A stretch of DNA of 64,000 bases, taken from Tubiluchus corallicola. Taxonomy: Eukaryota > Animalia > Priapulida. Below are positions 13,996 through 27,139 of this stretch, piece after piece; the first letter of the stretch is position 1, and every line of letters begins with the position of its first letter. Both the position numbers and the translations under genes were made by a program. The notes under the pieces are model-generated. The model did no database searches. It was not told the origin of the DNA and saw only the letters and a program-made list of their open reading frames with translations. The DNA lies in NCBI GenBank assembly GCA_030141605.1, contig JAQGDQ010000218.1, positions 186,001 through 250,000 on the forward strand, written 5' to 3'.

Positions 13996-14359
13996 ATGAG
14001 AATAACTTGCGAATTATCCAGCATGTGTAATCGCGGGATAATCCAGGATATACACTGTAGTCGTAGGAGTTTGTCAGTCTGTGCAGTGGTTGTATCATTG
14101 GGAGCATGTTTACTTATGTTTATTGCTATGTGCACAAATTATTGGATAGAAATGGCGGAAAGGGTTAAAGTGAAGTCTGTTATTCCAAACTTGTCGGTGT
14201 TGACGAATGAGGAACTAAAGTTTGCGACTGGAACTGAGGAGCCGGAAATCATCATCTACTTTGTAGCTGGATTGTGGTTATCTTGCACTAAACCAGAACG
14301 TGGCAACGATAGTGCCATTATAAATATAATGAAACATTTTGGCCTTAAATTAATACCGA
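13996..14359 (+). CDS. CACNG5: Stargazin/TARP (CACNG5/7-like) protein, exon 1: TM1 and start of extracellular loop 1
   Basis: HCSRRSLSVCAVVVSLGACLLMFIAMCTNYW resembles the CACNG5 N-terminus (CGRKAL...AVSTDYW) and is followed by the claudin-family GLWLSC motif. GTAAGT donor at 14360, phase 1. The start could instead be the ATG at 14023. Symbol denotes the subfamily, not strict orthology. Confidence 0.85.
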
Positions 14360-17300
14360 GTAAGTAACAACGATTATTTACTGATTTGCGTATTAATTTT
14401 ATTTTGCAATTACGTACATGTTAGTAGTTATAGATGATTGTTTTACCTAGTGGTTTTTTGTTGCGTCTGTGTTTTCTGTCTTCAGCATGATGAGAACCCA
14501 CGATCTTTTCGTAGAATGCGTACTTATCTCTTAAATAACATTTAGTCGGTGTTTCAACCTTCACCTGTAAAAGTGTTGCAACTTGCAAAACGTGTAATAG
14601 TCGTTTCCATTAGTTTTAAGGCACTTTATATTCTGTTTGTTAATGTGGTCTCTTTTCACATAACTGGTCACTGAAATCCTTCGAACTTGTTGTTAGTGTC
14701 AGTGTCTCCCGTACTCACCAACATGTCACATTGGGACGGCTTGCATTATGCCAGATTGATGCATATATCCCTTAGTGGATTATAGCATTATGTAAAGCAT
14801 TCAGTCTGGACTATAACATGAGACAGTGAATCGGCAGAGACGTGCTAATCACGCTGGGTTGTACACATCTTCTTCCTCACTGATATAAGAGCCGCCGTTA
14901 GTACTGCAGATGAAGCCGCCTTAGAATCAGTTTTCCCAGGTCCAAAGATGTTTAACTTTTATTATACCGGATGCAACTTCCCGATAATCTCTCTATTATG
15001 AAGCTATGAGAAAAAAACTGAGCGGTACAGTACCTGTTTTTGTATAATGCGTTTAGGAAATGCAGGCGCTAGTGGAACTAGTAGCGCGAATGCGAAATTG
15101 TATTTGTGTGGTTATAATTCGTTCATGTAAGTCATTTTTGAAAAAATAGTATGTTACCTTTAAATATTTTATTGAGTAGATTTTTTGACCTACAGTTTAA
15201 GAAAACCTACAATAGAAATATTGCCGAAAATGTGCTAAATTCGGCCACTAAATCAAAATGATAGTTCCAAATGAAAAGTTGTTTCTTTAGAAATCTGATT
15301 CACATAAAGCATTATATTTAGATCACTTCAGACATCAGACAGAACGTTTCTACACGAGCCACTAGTTAACATAATGTCTGAATATTGCACATTAGCTCTT
15401 GAGCATGGTTCGGCCTTGAAAATCAGTTGCTTTTTAGCCACACAAAAAAGAAGAAGGATGGTCTCGTGCCCATACGGGGCACGCGGATAGATGTTTTTGA
15501 TTATCTATTTACGATTACGAAAACCAGGCACACGAGGAGGGGAGGGGACTAGCCAATCGTCAATCGTTCGGGCAACTATCCCCTCCCCGTAGATGACTGA
15601 CTATGTACTTTCCTTTAATTTTGTTCATTCATTTAAAATTTCTATATTGCAGACATCTCGCGTCAAGCAGTATCCTCCCCGCCTGAATTCTTACTGGACG
15701 GGTTCAACTTCCACTGAAAATGGGAAGCAACACCTCGAGGGACACTTACCAGAACATTAACGTCTAGGCACAACATTAATAGCAATAGACGTTCGCCACG
15801 AAAATTAATTACCGTCTACTATAAAAATAATGATTTGCTATTAATGTATCCCAGCGGTATCCGCTTCTGACGTCATAATGATAATGTAAAACATTTGATA
15901 CATTTCGTATAAACAAAATTTTCAAGTAGGTAATTTGCGTCGGTCAAACTTATTGCAGCTAAAGCTCACTGAAGATAAAAAAAACTGATGAACAATACTA
16001 ACCAATCTGTTTACTCTGGCAGATAGGGCGCAGATTATAACAGACTGTAGTTGTAATATCACTAGAGTTCTTAGGATGTCTGTTAGATATGAGATTAAAA
16101 TGTAATTTTGAGGCGCATATATATATATATATATCTACATCACGCATTATTCTTCCTCTTCCTTAGAAAAAATTACTGGAACTACAAAAAACTCCTTCTT
16201 ATTAGCATTTTGTTAAATTTGTTTCTAAATTCCAATACACTTAGCATAGGAAACAAATGCTGGCTTTTAAGTAGTAACAATACATTGTCTATATGTCTGC
16301 CACTCACTCTTTTGTAATCTCATGCATTCTAACTTTGGTTTTATGACTCTGTCATAAGATTTATCCAGCGCAGCACTTTAATGTGACTTTATGTTATTTC
16401 TGGGATGAGTTTTATGTGTAGTAAATTCTATAAAACATGCTTAAATTTAAGCTGATCGAGTGTAGCATGCAATTATGAACACAAAGCAATGACCTTTTAC
16501 GAAGTATTTTGAAAATTTAATTCATACTGATATATAAACAATGCGCAGACTTTCATGCATATACATTTTATGAGCTATATCACTGAGTAAATTGCTAATT
16601 TAGTAAATTTCTTAAAGCTATCAGAGAATTTTAAAAATCTGTAAATATTTTAAGGTCCTTGAAAAGCAATGGCAAGCACTGAAGAAGCTACCGTCGTAAA
16701 AATTACTATGAATAATCCATAAAATATTATGAAACGACAGTTCGTATGGCAAGATAACTTTTAGACAACTTTTCGCGTTTTTACGTAAAACATTTCTGTA
16801 GTTTGAAAGAAAATTTTAGTTTTTACATTATGCATTTTAGCAGGAAGAAATGTATTAAAATTTTATCTGCCTTCATATTAATTAATATATCGCCTATAAT
16901 TCTAAATTAAAAAATAGTGTCGTTGCTTAATATTTTCTGTGTCAGGCATGCACAAATATATACATCTGGCTGCATTTGTTTTTCATGTGCACCTTTTGTC
17001 TCATGCATCCACACGCATCACTCTTACACACGCATTAATATTTTTACCTGTATACTTTTCGCAAATGTACATACCTATAGGCGTACTATGCGAACGTGAC
17101 GGAGGTGGAGGCGGAGAGGACAAATGAATTGAACATTTTCTGGGTAAAAGCTAGTTATTTTCAAGGCAAATAATTCTGTTTTAAGATTTCAAAAAATTTA
17201 AATTTCAATATTCAAAAATTATTTACGTACTGCATTACCTCTTTTTACTGTCTGCAGTTAAAGTGTTTCTTGTACGGCGAATTGTTTTTAATTTTTCATA

Positions 17301-17947
17301 ATTCTAAAGTTAATAATTGGCATCTGCTTATCAGTTTTTGTTCACTAAACCTCATATTTCAGTTTTTAAATACATGCCTATCAATTTACTCTCAAGGTTA
17401 TACGCACGCTATAAACAATGTTATAGAAAAGGAAAACATAAATCATCGTCATTATTTCTTCTGAATTTCTGAAACGTTAGAAAAAAGTATATCTGAAAGT
17501 ATCTGGATGTTTTGCACATTTAGACCTATAAGTGTAAATGCTTTGCTTTTAGACATTTATCAGTTTATACTCTACGTATTTATGTAGCACTTATTTCGAA
17601 ATCACTCAAACTAGGGCAAATTAAAAAATGTTCAGGGCAAATTTCTTCTGCCCTCCCCTTGTAAAAATTCCTCCCGTCTACCTATACATACTTATGCTTA
17701 TACATACATGTGTACGCCGACAAGATGCACGCAAGCTTTACAATATTTGTGTTTGTCACATGAAATCAGTTTTTTGCACAGCTCTTGGTGGAATGTCAAC
17801 GTTTGATCACTGGGGAATAACTGATCAGCTCGTAATTGCTCATTACCCCATGTATAAGGCTACTAAAACACTATATTTTCCACAAAATAAAGGCAACAAT
17901 TGTGGCATGTCTTTGCATGTTTGTATGTTTGTCTCTGGGTTACTCTC

Positions 17948-18237
17948 TACAGAGTTCCGTTAGGCGTTAGTGTAGTGTCAATTTGTTTTTTTTTTTTTTT
18001 GAAAAAAAATAGAATTATCTCGTTATAACGACATCTCTACCTCGTTATAACGAGAACTAACTCGTTATAACGACTTACTGCCTCGATATAACAACTTATT
18101 ACCTCGTTATAACAAGGTACTAACTCGTTGTAACGTCATAGCTATGTCATTATTATAATGATACATTACTTTCATAAACTCTGTGCACGTGACTTTTACA
18201 ACAGGCGTTGGTGGCGTTGTTGAGATGCCAGTCCGTA
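17948..18237 (+). mobile_element. MITE-like element with an internal array of the palindrome CTCGTTATAACGAG (copy 1)
   Basis: Starts TACAGAGTTCCGTTA and ends TCCGTA; six ~21-bp units at 18019-18140. Confidence 0.7.
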
Positions 18238-18976
18238 TAATTATTATTCGCATCTGGATTTTAGTGGACTGGAGCTATTTACAGTGTTTTACGTATTAAT
18301 TGTTAATAAGGGCATTAAGCTCTAATTGCTCAGTGTAGTTTATGTATTCTGCAGCTTTTATTACCAAAAGAAAAAACTGTGCATACTTTATTGTAGCAGA
18401 GACTACTTTGAATTATGTTCTCAGTATATTGTTGAAAACGAATGGAATGGTGCATTTGAGGTGTTCGAAGCAGTAAATCTGTGTCTGAATTTAAGGACTT
18501 GTGTTCGTGGAGATTTGGGGCTATAAATATGTGCGCTTGTTCTGTGTTACAATTATATTACCATAATTCTACTGTATGAATACCCCATAATTTTATAAAC
18601 AAATTTCATCGTTAAAGTTTTATCCATTAATAACTATTTTGTCAATTTGTTTATGTATGAACAATGCATTACTATTTTACATTAGAAAATAGAATTGTTG
18701 GAATTACACATACAAGATTCGCCCAGAACAGTTGATTTATTTTGCTGACAGGTAAACGTCAACGAGTAGCCTCGGACCCACATGCATACATGCTATTTAA
18801 ACTAATAATTCGATTTCATTTTTCTAGAGTACATCGGATTGCCTAACATTCAATTGCTTTGAGATATAAATCTGTAAGAAACCTAAAAAGCATGGAAGCT
18901 AAAAATTTCGCTTTTCATTGCTCGAACACAGATCTGCACTCCAAGCAGTTGTGACCTGTGAACCATAACGAAACTA

Positions 18977-19236
18977 TACGGAGTTCTGTTAGTGTTGGTT
19001 TGGGTTTTGAAGAAAAATATAATTATCTCCTTATAACGCCATAGCTATCTCGTTATAATGACATAAATATATCACGTTATTACGACGTAGCTATCGTTAT
19101 AACGTCTTATTACCTCGCTATAACGAGATACTACCTCGCTATGACCACATAACAGTTTCCTCATAACAACTTGGTACTTTTTAATAATAATTCAGCCAAC
19201 AACAACAACAATAACAATTGCTATGGTGATTCCGTC
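18977..19236 (+). mobile_element. Same palindromic-array MITE family (copy 2)
   Basis: TACGGAGTTCTGTTAGTG...GAAGAAAAATATAATTATCTC followed by CTCGTTATAA units. Confidence 0.7.
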
Positions 19237-19340
19237 CCAAGATCTGGCTAATATGCCTGTGTATCATACCAACTAATCGCCAATTAATTAAATTAGCTAC
19301 GTATTGAATAACATCGATCTCGATGATTTCAAAAGTTTCG

Positions 19341-19500
19341 TAAGGAGCTCCGATAGTATCAATTTTATTTTTTGAAGAAAAATATAATTATCTCGTTATA
19401 AAGACATAGCGGTCGTGTTACAACGACTTACGACCTCGTTATAATCATGATCAAGATTTTTAATTATTCGTAAAAGATTCACGCTGTAGAATTTCCGGAA
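19341..19500 (+). mobile_element. Same palindromic-array MITE family (copy 3, shortened)
   Basis: TAAGGAGCTCCGATAG...GAAGAAAAATATAATTATCTCGTTATAA. Confidence 0.65.
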
Positions 19501-20743
19501 GAGAGCACATGCTAATGGAACATTTGTAGTCGATGATTTTTACGACATTATTTTGACTTTTACAGCCTTATGGAAAATTACATAAGTGGCAAATTTTATG
19601 ACAGTTGTGGGCGACAAAATCACAGCATTTAAGGGGTTTGCAGGTTCTTTTGAGAGTCTGGTTTATTAATCAGTCTCCTGTGTCTATCACCTTCGTTGTT
19701 TTCGATTTAGTGGCCAAGTAAATCACCAAAGGGTGCAAAGGGTCGCAGGCTGCAAACGCGTTCCTGAGGGTTTGAATCACTGAACCGTTTGAGTCTTGCG
19801 CCTACCAACTAGATTTTGTTAATTGCTTGCATATTCTGCGTCCACAGTTTCTCAATACTAATACATAATATAGGCTGGAGAAAATAAGTCCAACACTAAT
19901 CTAGGAGGGGAGGGTTTACTGGCTGTAAAAAATCAATACTAATACACCATCTGCAGCAAAAAAATTCACAAGACAAACATTGAATTTGTGCGGCTAATTG
20001 TTACAGGAAATTCGAAATTTGTATGTTCAAAATAACGAAATGTTTTTGCTTTGTGTTTTAACGTTTGTTTTCAGTGTTGGGTTATAAATTTAGCAAAATT
20101 CTATTAAAAACGATTAAAACATACTCTACATGTTAGAATGATTGAGAACGATTATAAAATACGAAGGAAACTTCATTAAGTATGTTTTGTTATGTTGGAA
20201 ATTACATAAAATATGTGGTATTTCTTAAATAACTAAATGTTATCCTTTTAAATAAAATTTTCGTCAGTAATGATATCATTAATGTTATCATTTCGTCATA
20301 CTTCACGTATGACGTCGCGTATGACATACTTCACGTATGAGTTAAACCATCTTTTAAACTCATGACATATTCTCTTGTTAGCTAGGAACTTCAGCCTGAT
20401 CATGCCTAGAAAATGTGAGTATTTTATTTAACATGGCTGACATGCCAGCCATAATCAGCTTACTAGACTCTACATTCATTTTGGCTGGTAAGCTAACCGC
20501 AACCTTCCAGTAAATCATATAACATGTGTTTTTCTGTTTGTGATTGTTAAAATTCATAAATGAAAAGTTGATTGAAAACTGAAGCATTTTACTACAGTTG
20601 GCAGATATCCCCGTAACAATGGCATAAACTATCACTTCCCTGACACATTACCAAAACTCGTAGACAAATGTATGTACTTGTTTAACGTTTTTTTGTATCC
20701 ACGACCTCAGTGCCAGTTACATAAGAGTTGCAATTATGGATGC

Positions 20744-21209
20744 CAGGGGCGGAACTAGGGGGGAGCGGGGGGACGCCCCCTGTCAAAATTTGCGCCCCCT
20801 GCAAAATCGGACAAATATTTTTTGCAGTGAAAATTGCAGTTCGCATGTTCGCACACAATAAACTTCTTGTCGTAACAAAGCTGGTGTGAGTTTTTGAATG
20901 ACGTATCGTTCCACATTTCATTTTGACATTATTTCCTGCGTATTATTTTCTTAAAACTTGTGTGTGATAAATTTCTGTAAATAACAATTTAGTTAGAGGC
21001 ACATTAATAACGTTAGGTTAACTGAGAGTTAATTTTCTCATTATTGCTCTGTCCGCTACGCCGTCCTACACACATGCCAATTATAGGCCTGCATGCAGTA
21101 TAAAAGGGGTTAAAAATTAGCTTAACCATTATTTAACCACTTCGGATACCTCGCCCTCCCAGAAAATTTTTGCGCCCCCCCCTGCTTGCCACATCTAGTT
21201 CCGCCCCTG
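20744..21209. mobile_element. hAT-type MITE, 466 bp
   Basis: Perfect 15-bp TIRs CAGGGGCGGAACTAG / CTAGTTCCGCCCCTG and a perfect 8-bp TSD ATGGATGC (20736-20743 and 21210-21217). Confidence 0.95.
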
Positions 21210-21535
21210 ATGGATGCTCACACATCCAGCGCCTGCAACCTGCATATCCACCACCTTAGTGTTATGGGCAAATTGTCTATATTATGCAGTTACTTATTTA
21301 CCCAATATTTGTTTGGAACCACAGGTAACCACAAACTTGGATTTTATAGGCAATTTGAGTAATAGGATTAAGCGCAAATATTTTATATTTGATAATTTCT
21401 TAAATATTTATAAGTTTTCAAATATTTTATAATTTTTGAAAGTAATTTACATTTATTAATTTTTCATAAAATTAATATCATAGAATTAGCTACTTACAAG
21501 TTAGAAATATAAAACACCGTCCATATGCAATGTCA

Positions 21536-22152
21536 TGTTAGTTAACATTGATATAACGGTCGTCGTGGACGGAGCTGGATGACGTCATGATCATTGAGAG
21601 ATAACGATCGTCGTGGGCGGAGCTTAATGACGTTACGATGATTGACTGTTAACGGTCACTGTCATGCAAGCCACAAATCAGTATTACGCTAAGTAAGATG
21701 TTCTAAAATTAGTTATTGACTATCAATCCACTTGCGAGTCAGCAGACGAAGCAAGTCAACAGAAAGAACTACTAAGAATAGGATTGATGTTAGATGTAAA
21801 AATAGACTTTCTAAATATAGCTCAGGAGAAACATATAAGCAGTGTCAGGACGCTGCTGGAGGCAGTTGTTATATAGTCTAGTTTATACCAGATAGACTCA
21901 TGTACTTACGTGTTAGTCGATAGTCAGAGTTATGACTTGTTACTTACTGTTCAGAATTGAGTTATGACTTGTTACTTATAGTTCAGAATTGAGTTATGAC
22001 TTGTTACTTACTGTTGAGAATTGAGTTATGACTTGCGCTTTAATGACGTGTATTTGCTTTCGCGTTAATCGTTCATTTCTTCACGTTTATATTATGCATA
22101 TCTTTGTACTTGAATAAACTATACGACCACGCTTTTATCTGCGACTTCAACA
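21536..22152 (+). mobile_element. Solo-LTR-like insert nested in the TIR element
   Basis: TGTT...AACA termini, duplicated CGTCGTGGRCGGAGCT..ATGACG motifs, a TATA-like TTATATAG near 21870 and AATAAA at 22113. TSD not found. Confidence 0.45.
21927..22035. repeat. 32-bp tandem repeat, about 3.4 copies
   Basis: GAGTTATGACTTGTTACTTACTGTTCAGAATT units start at 21927, 21959, 21991 and 22023. Confidence 0.95.
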
Positions 22153-23028
22153 TTTATATTCGTCTATAAATGTTTAAGCAGTTAAAACAATTTTATGATA
22201 ATTTGAATTCTCACGTCAATTTTAGAAATTTGTTTTTAATTTAAGAGATATTCTTGCTCCGTAAATTTTGTCATAATTTTGGTAAGCTTTATACACCGCA
22301 AGTTTTTTTTTTATATTTTTGTTTTACAAAAATACAGAACTGACTTTGAACCCCACAAGCAAGGAATTTCTGTGTTTGTACTTTTTCCACACAGTGCATG
22401 CAATCTGTACGTCACTGCCTTAGCGCATGCAACCTGCATGTTCACTAGTTGAGAGCCTGCAAAAACTGCATTCACGGGCACGCAGGTAACGGTTTCTGGG
22501 CTCATAGGCACTGAGGTTTGCAGTTCCTGGGCTCACAGGTTTGGCATGCAGGTAGGAGGCACGCATGAGATAGTGAGCGTTCAAGTTTCAGGTACTGAGG
22601 TAGTGGGGAGTATGCAGGTTTCACAAGTTCAGGTGGTGGTAGGTAGATATGCAGGTTGCAGGCTCTGTGCCAGATGCTGAAAAATGTCAAACAAGTACAT
22701 TCGTTTACGAGCTTTGGTAATTAAACACAAGTTTAAGTGTCTCAGGCAGCTGACAGTTTATTGTTATTAGGAGATGGGGAGATAAGACCATTGTTATGGA
22801 GACTGCTACCAACTGCGGTAAAATGCCTTGTGTGGTGGTACTATCAACTTTTCGTTCATCCACGATTTTTACTAGAAGAGTAAACACACTGCATTACATT
22901 CCCAATTCATGCCCTAAAATTTACCCAACCAGCGCTGAGTAATCGTTAAGATTCTTATTGCACGATAAAGTTTGTTCAGTCCGAAGAAGCTGCTAATAAG
23001 TCACTAATCTGATATGTTGTTTTTTTAG

Positions 23029-23400
23029 TGCCTCCTCCTCCTCCAAGAGAGGGTGGCCCACACAGACCTCACCCTGAAATGCCATTTGTTAGTCCTGCCA
23101 TGGAACCCGGAAGCCGCCAACATGGACAGCCTTTCGTCTCCGAATCTTTACTGATTAGTATGACGTCAGCCAAACGTGGAACAACGAACAGTGTGAACAT
23201 GCGAGCAAAAAGACATGATTCAAGGCCCATGTGGGCAACCGCCATCAGACCTCTTTTTTACAGTCATTTTATAGTAAAACCTGGTGGTAGGTTTACGAAA
23301 CGTTTTCGTCGAAATGCAGACTCAGTGATGTTTGGCGAATATCCAAATGTGACCTCTGACAAAGCTGTTATGATGATGGAGCCAGTGCCAGAAGAAAACT
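23029..23400 (+). CDS. CACNG5: Stargazin/TARP-like gene, exon 2: 124-aa insert in extracellular loop 1
   Basis: Strong acceptor TGTTGTTTTTTTAG (AG 23027-23028) and donor GTAAGC (23401). 372 nt, phase 1-1, open in frame with both flanking exons: MPPPPPREGG...MEPVPEEN. Confidence 0.72.
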
Positions 23401-24174
23401 GTAAGCAAGTTTATTTTATTAAGAAAAGTAAAAATAGTTTATCGTCATTTTCATTCGCACGATTACTGCAACTTTTAGTTGTTAGTTATTATCATCATCC
23501 AGTGTTTGAATTAGGTCAGCATCACGTGAATCGATGCAGGTATTTTGATGATGACCAAACCCATAATCATATCATATTATCATCGTCTTCGTCGTTACAA
23601 TTACCATTTCCATCACCACCGCCATGACTATTACCTTCATCATCATCGCCGTCTTCATCATCACCATCGTCGTCGTCGTCATCATCATCATCATCACATC
23701 GCAGTTGCGTTTGCATTAACTTAAATCTCCAGTCAGTTCCTCATTCTGTAATGTAAACAATATTTATAATTAGTACTATTATTACTGTTAAATGAGGAAA
23801 AATTACAAAATGAGAAACATCAACAAAACCTTGAAATGACACAATGGGAGAAGCTTTCTAGCTGTAATTTGTCAGCTTTTCACAGTAACGTAGTCATTTG
23901 TTACTGTAACAATGCGAACATAATCAATGCAGTTTTGCGTTCATTTATAATTCAGAAAAGCGTTTTTACAACAGAAGAAAAGATACATTTCAAAACCAGG
24001 AAAAATTCACATGATGACAAACATATATTAAAGTTTTAAAATAAATGGCAACTTGCGATTCCTGTTGTTGCTGTCATAATTTCATGTCAGGGATTTGTCT
24101 GGTCAGAGAAAAGAAAGTTATTATCAGAATTATATCTACGATAATTTATTGTAATTTATGCATGTGTTTTACAG

Positions 24175-24276
24175 CCGAAGAAGGAGAGTCACACAATAAT
24201 TGCGAAAGGGTGAAGTATATCAACGTAGACGCAAAGAGCCGAGTGGACGACAATTTAATTACGATGGAAGTTGTTA
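24175..24276 (+). CDS. CACNG5: Stargazin/TARP-like gene, exon 3
   Basis: TTTTACAG acceptor, GTAAGT donor at 24277, phase 1-1. Reads SEEGESHNNCERVKYINVDAKSRVDDNLITMEVV and supplies the second loop-1 cysteine. Confidence 0.82.
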
Positions 24277-24487
24277 GTAAGTAATTACCCAAGGCAAACG
24301 TGGTAACTTGATAATAATAGTATCAGTGGGGCAATAACCATGTACACGGTAATTTATAGTATAAGCGGAACATACTAGCTTATAGGCGTCTTCAGAAAAC
24401 TAGTGCACTCTGTTCATGGAGATTAAGTTGAACGAAATTTATTTCTGAAGTTTTGTTCACAAAATTTAAAAAATTTATTAGTTGCAC

Positions 24488-24488
<1 letters not shown>

Positions 24489-24528
<40 letters not shown>
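24489..24528. repeat. (ATT)n microsatellite
   Basis: Directly visible. Confidence 0.9.
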
Positions 24529-24529
<1 letters not shown>

Positions 24530-27004
24530 GCATTATCATTATCATTAATAGTTAATACACAAATTGGCAAACGTCAATCAACCATGCAACTGAAATTTTG
24601 TTTACCAGTAAATTAGAGACATTATAACGGTGAAACATTGTGCTTCGGCAATATAGTAATGTAGATGTGTAGTGCTTGGAAGGTTCTGGATCTCTCTCAG
24701 CTTGAAAGGCAACATGTGTCAAACCCGTTCAAGATAATAAAACCAAGTCTGTCCGAAGCCAATTGGTTTCCTATTTTTTATTTGAATTTTTATACTGTTT
24801 CTGTTCACTGTTGGCCACGTGCAAGACTGGCACTTTTTATTTCCTTATGTGTAGTACAAGAGATTACCAAAATAATACTGATCTGCAGCATGTCATTAAT
24901 GTTTATTAAAGTCGAACATCCAATATTTGGTAGGCCTCTTCGTTTTTATTCACTAAGTTTTTTCTGGGATAACTTATGTTGTTTAGAACCATGTAGCTTA
25001 CACTAGTCTTTTAAACTGATTATGTACAAATTTCATACCAAGGTACTGGAACTGATCTGATGGCAGTATAATTTAAAAAAAGCATAGAATTCCACAAGTA
25101 ATTTGAATTATTTTTATTAGCGCTCTAGTCGGAGGATAACAACAACGTTTAATGTTTACAACAAAGTCTTGATATAATATTCTTGAGTGAAATAGTTGAG
25201 TCTTTTTTCATCAGTTTGCTTAACAGTATTTTGTAGTCTAGTAAGTACCCAACAGTGATGCAATTTCGTGAATAATTAATAATTTCTACTGAACATGTAC
25301 GCATCTTCATGTTTTTTGCCGATTTGTCTAAAGATTTCTATACTGCAGCTGCTGTCAACGAGCAAGAGTGTGAGACTGGGCCGCTTAGACGAGGCTTAGC
25401 ACACGCTATCGATTTGAGTATTGGAAAGTCTTGTCTTAGAGAGTTGATTATTTTTGATTAGTAAACGCAAGGTGCTCTGTGATTAAAGAGGTTTTACTTT
25501 AATACCTGATCTGTTTTAACAATAAATTACATCTGTTGCTGCTATAGCTACCGCTACTGCTATCCCGGCCGCTACCGCTTATGTTACCATCACTACCACA
25601 AGATTTAAGCATTTTTCAATTAATCGAATGTTCACCAAACATGGTGGGATAATGACGATCAAGCTCATACGCTAGCTCGCAGAAATCTTAGGGGTATTTT
25701 TATCGAATAGTGCGATCCATGTATCAAAACAGAAAGCGACAATGAAGAAATTGTGCGAATATAAGCTCATGGAGCGAAGTTTCTATATTTTTTTATTTTA
25801 AGTTAATTTCAGCATGTAGAAAACTGGTACATCACTCTTGATGTACTCTTGGAACATCACGCAGTGCCAATGTGCACGGTAAAGCCGAAAAGGTACTACT
25901 TCTTGATTATGCTTGCACGAATAATTGTACGCTTACGCTTGCATTACCTAATATCCTAATTTCAAGATTATTACTAATTATGAAATTAGCTGTCAATGGT
26001 TGAATTTTGAAACCAACTTCCGAAACAAAAGGAAAGGCGAAAAAGTTGAAACTAGACGTGGATTTGAACCAGAAACGCTTGAATTGTAAAATGTCATGAA
26101 CTCTAGACTGCTCAGCTATAATTATTATGTCTTATTCTGTCACTAGCTCTTAAATCCTTGTAGGACCCAAAAGACATTTGCAAAATCGCACTTTTTCACA
26201 CGTCTTTTCATTTGGGCAAATCTGAATTTAAAATTCAACACCTGCGGGTTAAATCTATCATTAATAGATGAGTTATAAATTAAAATTATAACTATTAAAT
26301 AGGCAAATTCAAGTTCAAGCTAGTATCTACATCTTCTCTTTCTCAATGGGATTGGCCCTGTACGTGAAGAGTGATGCACTAGCTTTCTACATGCTGTCAA
26401 TAACTTCATGTGATAAAAATTGGATAATTTTATGTATGTCTATTTCTATTGTTCTGCAGATGTAGGTAACATATAGATGTTTTTATTTATGTTATTTTGC
26501 CTAGGTCTCAAAGGCCTAACACTGGCCATTTTCCCTCTGCAATGGTAAATTTCAAAGATGCGAAGATAAAAATGCGAAGCAGTTGATTACTTCTTTACTG
26601 ATATTTTTTCCAACTGCTTGGATGCGTCATTTAAAAACATAAAACTCTTACAGAATTTTTAACAACTAGGCAAAAGGTCTCTAGTGGAAATCGGACCCCG
26701 CACAATGCACATCGCCATTCCACGTTGCCATTTTGATAGATATTGAGTTACTTTTACTCCGTAAATATTTCACGTATTGATATAACATAAGCAACTCTGA
26801 TATAGGCATTATAGTTATTACTTGCTTTGTATCAAATAAAAGTAGTCTAAGGACAATAGTCAAATAAGCCCAGCAGTAGCTTCGTTCTGGCCTAAAATCT
26901 AATTGCTAACTCGCATAAAAGTTTTTAATATTTCGATAATTAAATTTTCAAGTAATAGCGCTTGATGTGAAAACGTTGATTAAACAGTGTTGTTTTTACC
27001 ACAG

Positions 27005-27139
27005 GGAAAGTAACAAGAGCTATGCCAGCTTTTGTAATAACAATGGTACTGTTGCTAATAGCTACAATAAATAGCATCATAGGTAACCATCACAAAGACA
27101 AAAAGTTGGTAATCGCTGCTACTTTTTATATTTTATCTG
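27005..27139 (+). CDS. CACNG5: Stargazin/TARP-like gene, exon 4 (TM2 to start of TM3)
   Basis: ACAG acceptor, GTAAGT donor at 27140. Reads RKVTRAMPAFVITMVLLLIATINSIIGNHHKDKKLVIAATFYILSG, matching the TARP FILSG region. Not in the ORF track. Confidence 0.88.

Larger units (their letters stand above)
21227..22667. mobile_element. Non-autonomous TIR DNA element with subterminal TGCAGGT-type repeats
   Basis: Left CAGCGCCTGCAACCTGCATATCCACC versus right reverse complement CAGAGCCTGCAACCTGCATATCTACC (24/26 identical). Repeated GCAGGT motifs at 22400-22660. No TSD seen. Confidence 0.7.

Noticed and set aside
15653-15760. Strong acceptor in TARP intron 1 as an extra exon
   Set aside because: The required frame reaches a stop after about 21 codons and no convincing donor precedes it.
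18019-18140. Palindromic repeats with variable spacers as a CRISPR array
   Set aside because: Spacers are only 6-8 nt and the array belongs to a dispersed repeat family.
21927-22035. 32-bp repeats as a CRISPR array
   Set aside because: Head-to-tail with no spacers, no cas genes, and eukaryotic context.
23401-23627. C-terminal part of the 199-aa ORF as coding
   Set aside because: It follows a GTAAGC donor and runs into AT-rich and trinucleotide intron sequence.
26505-26544. AG...GT-bounded 40-nt segment as an extra TARP exon
   Set aside because: It would shift the frame between exons 3 and 4.
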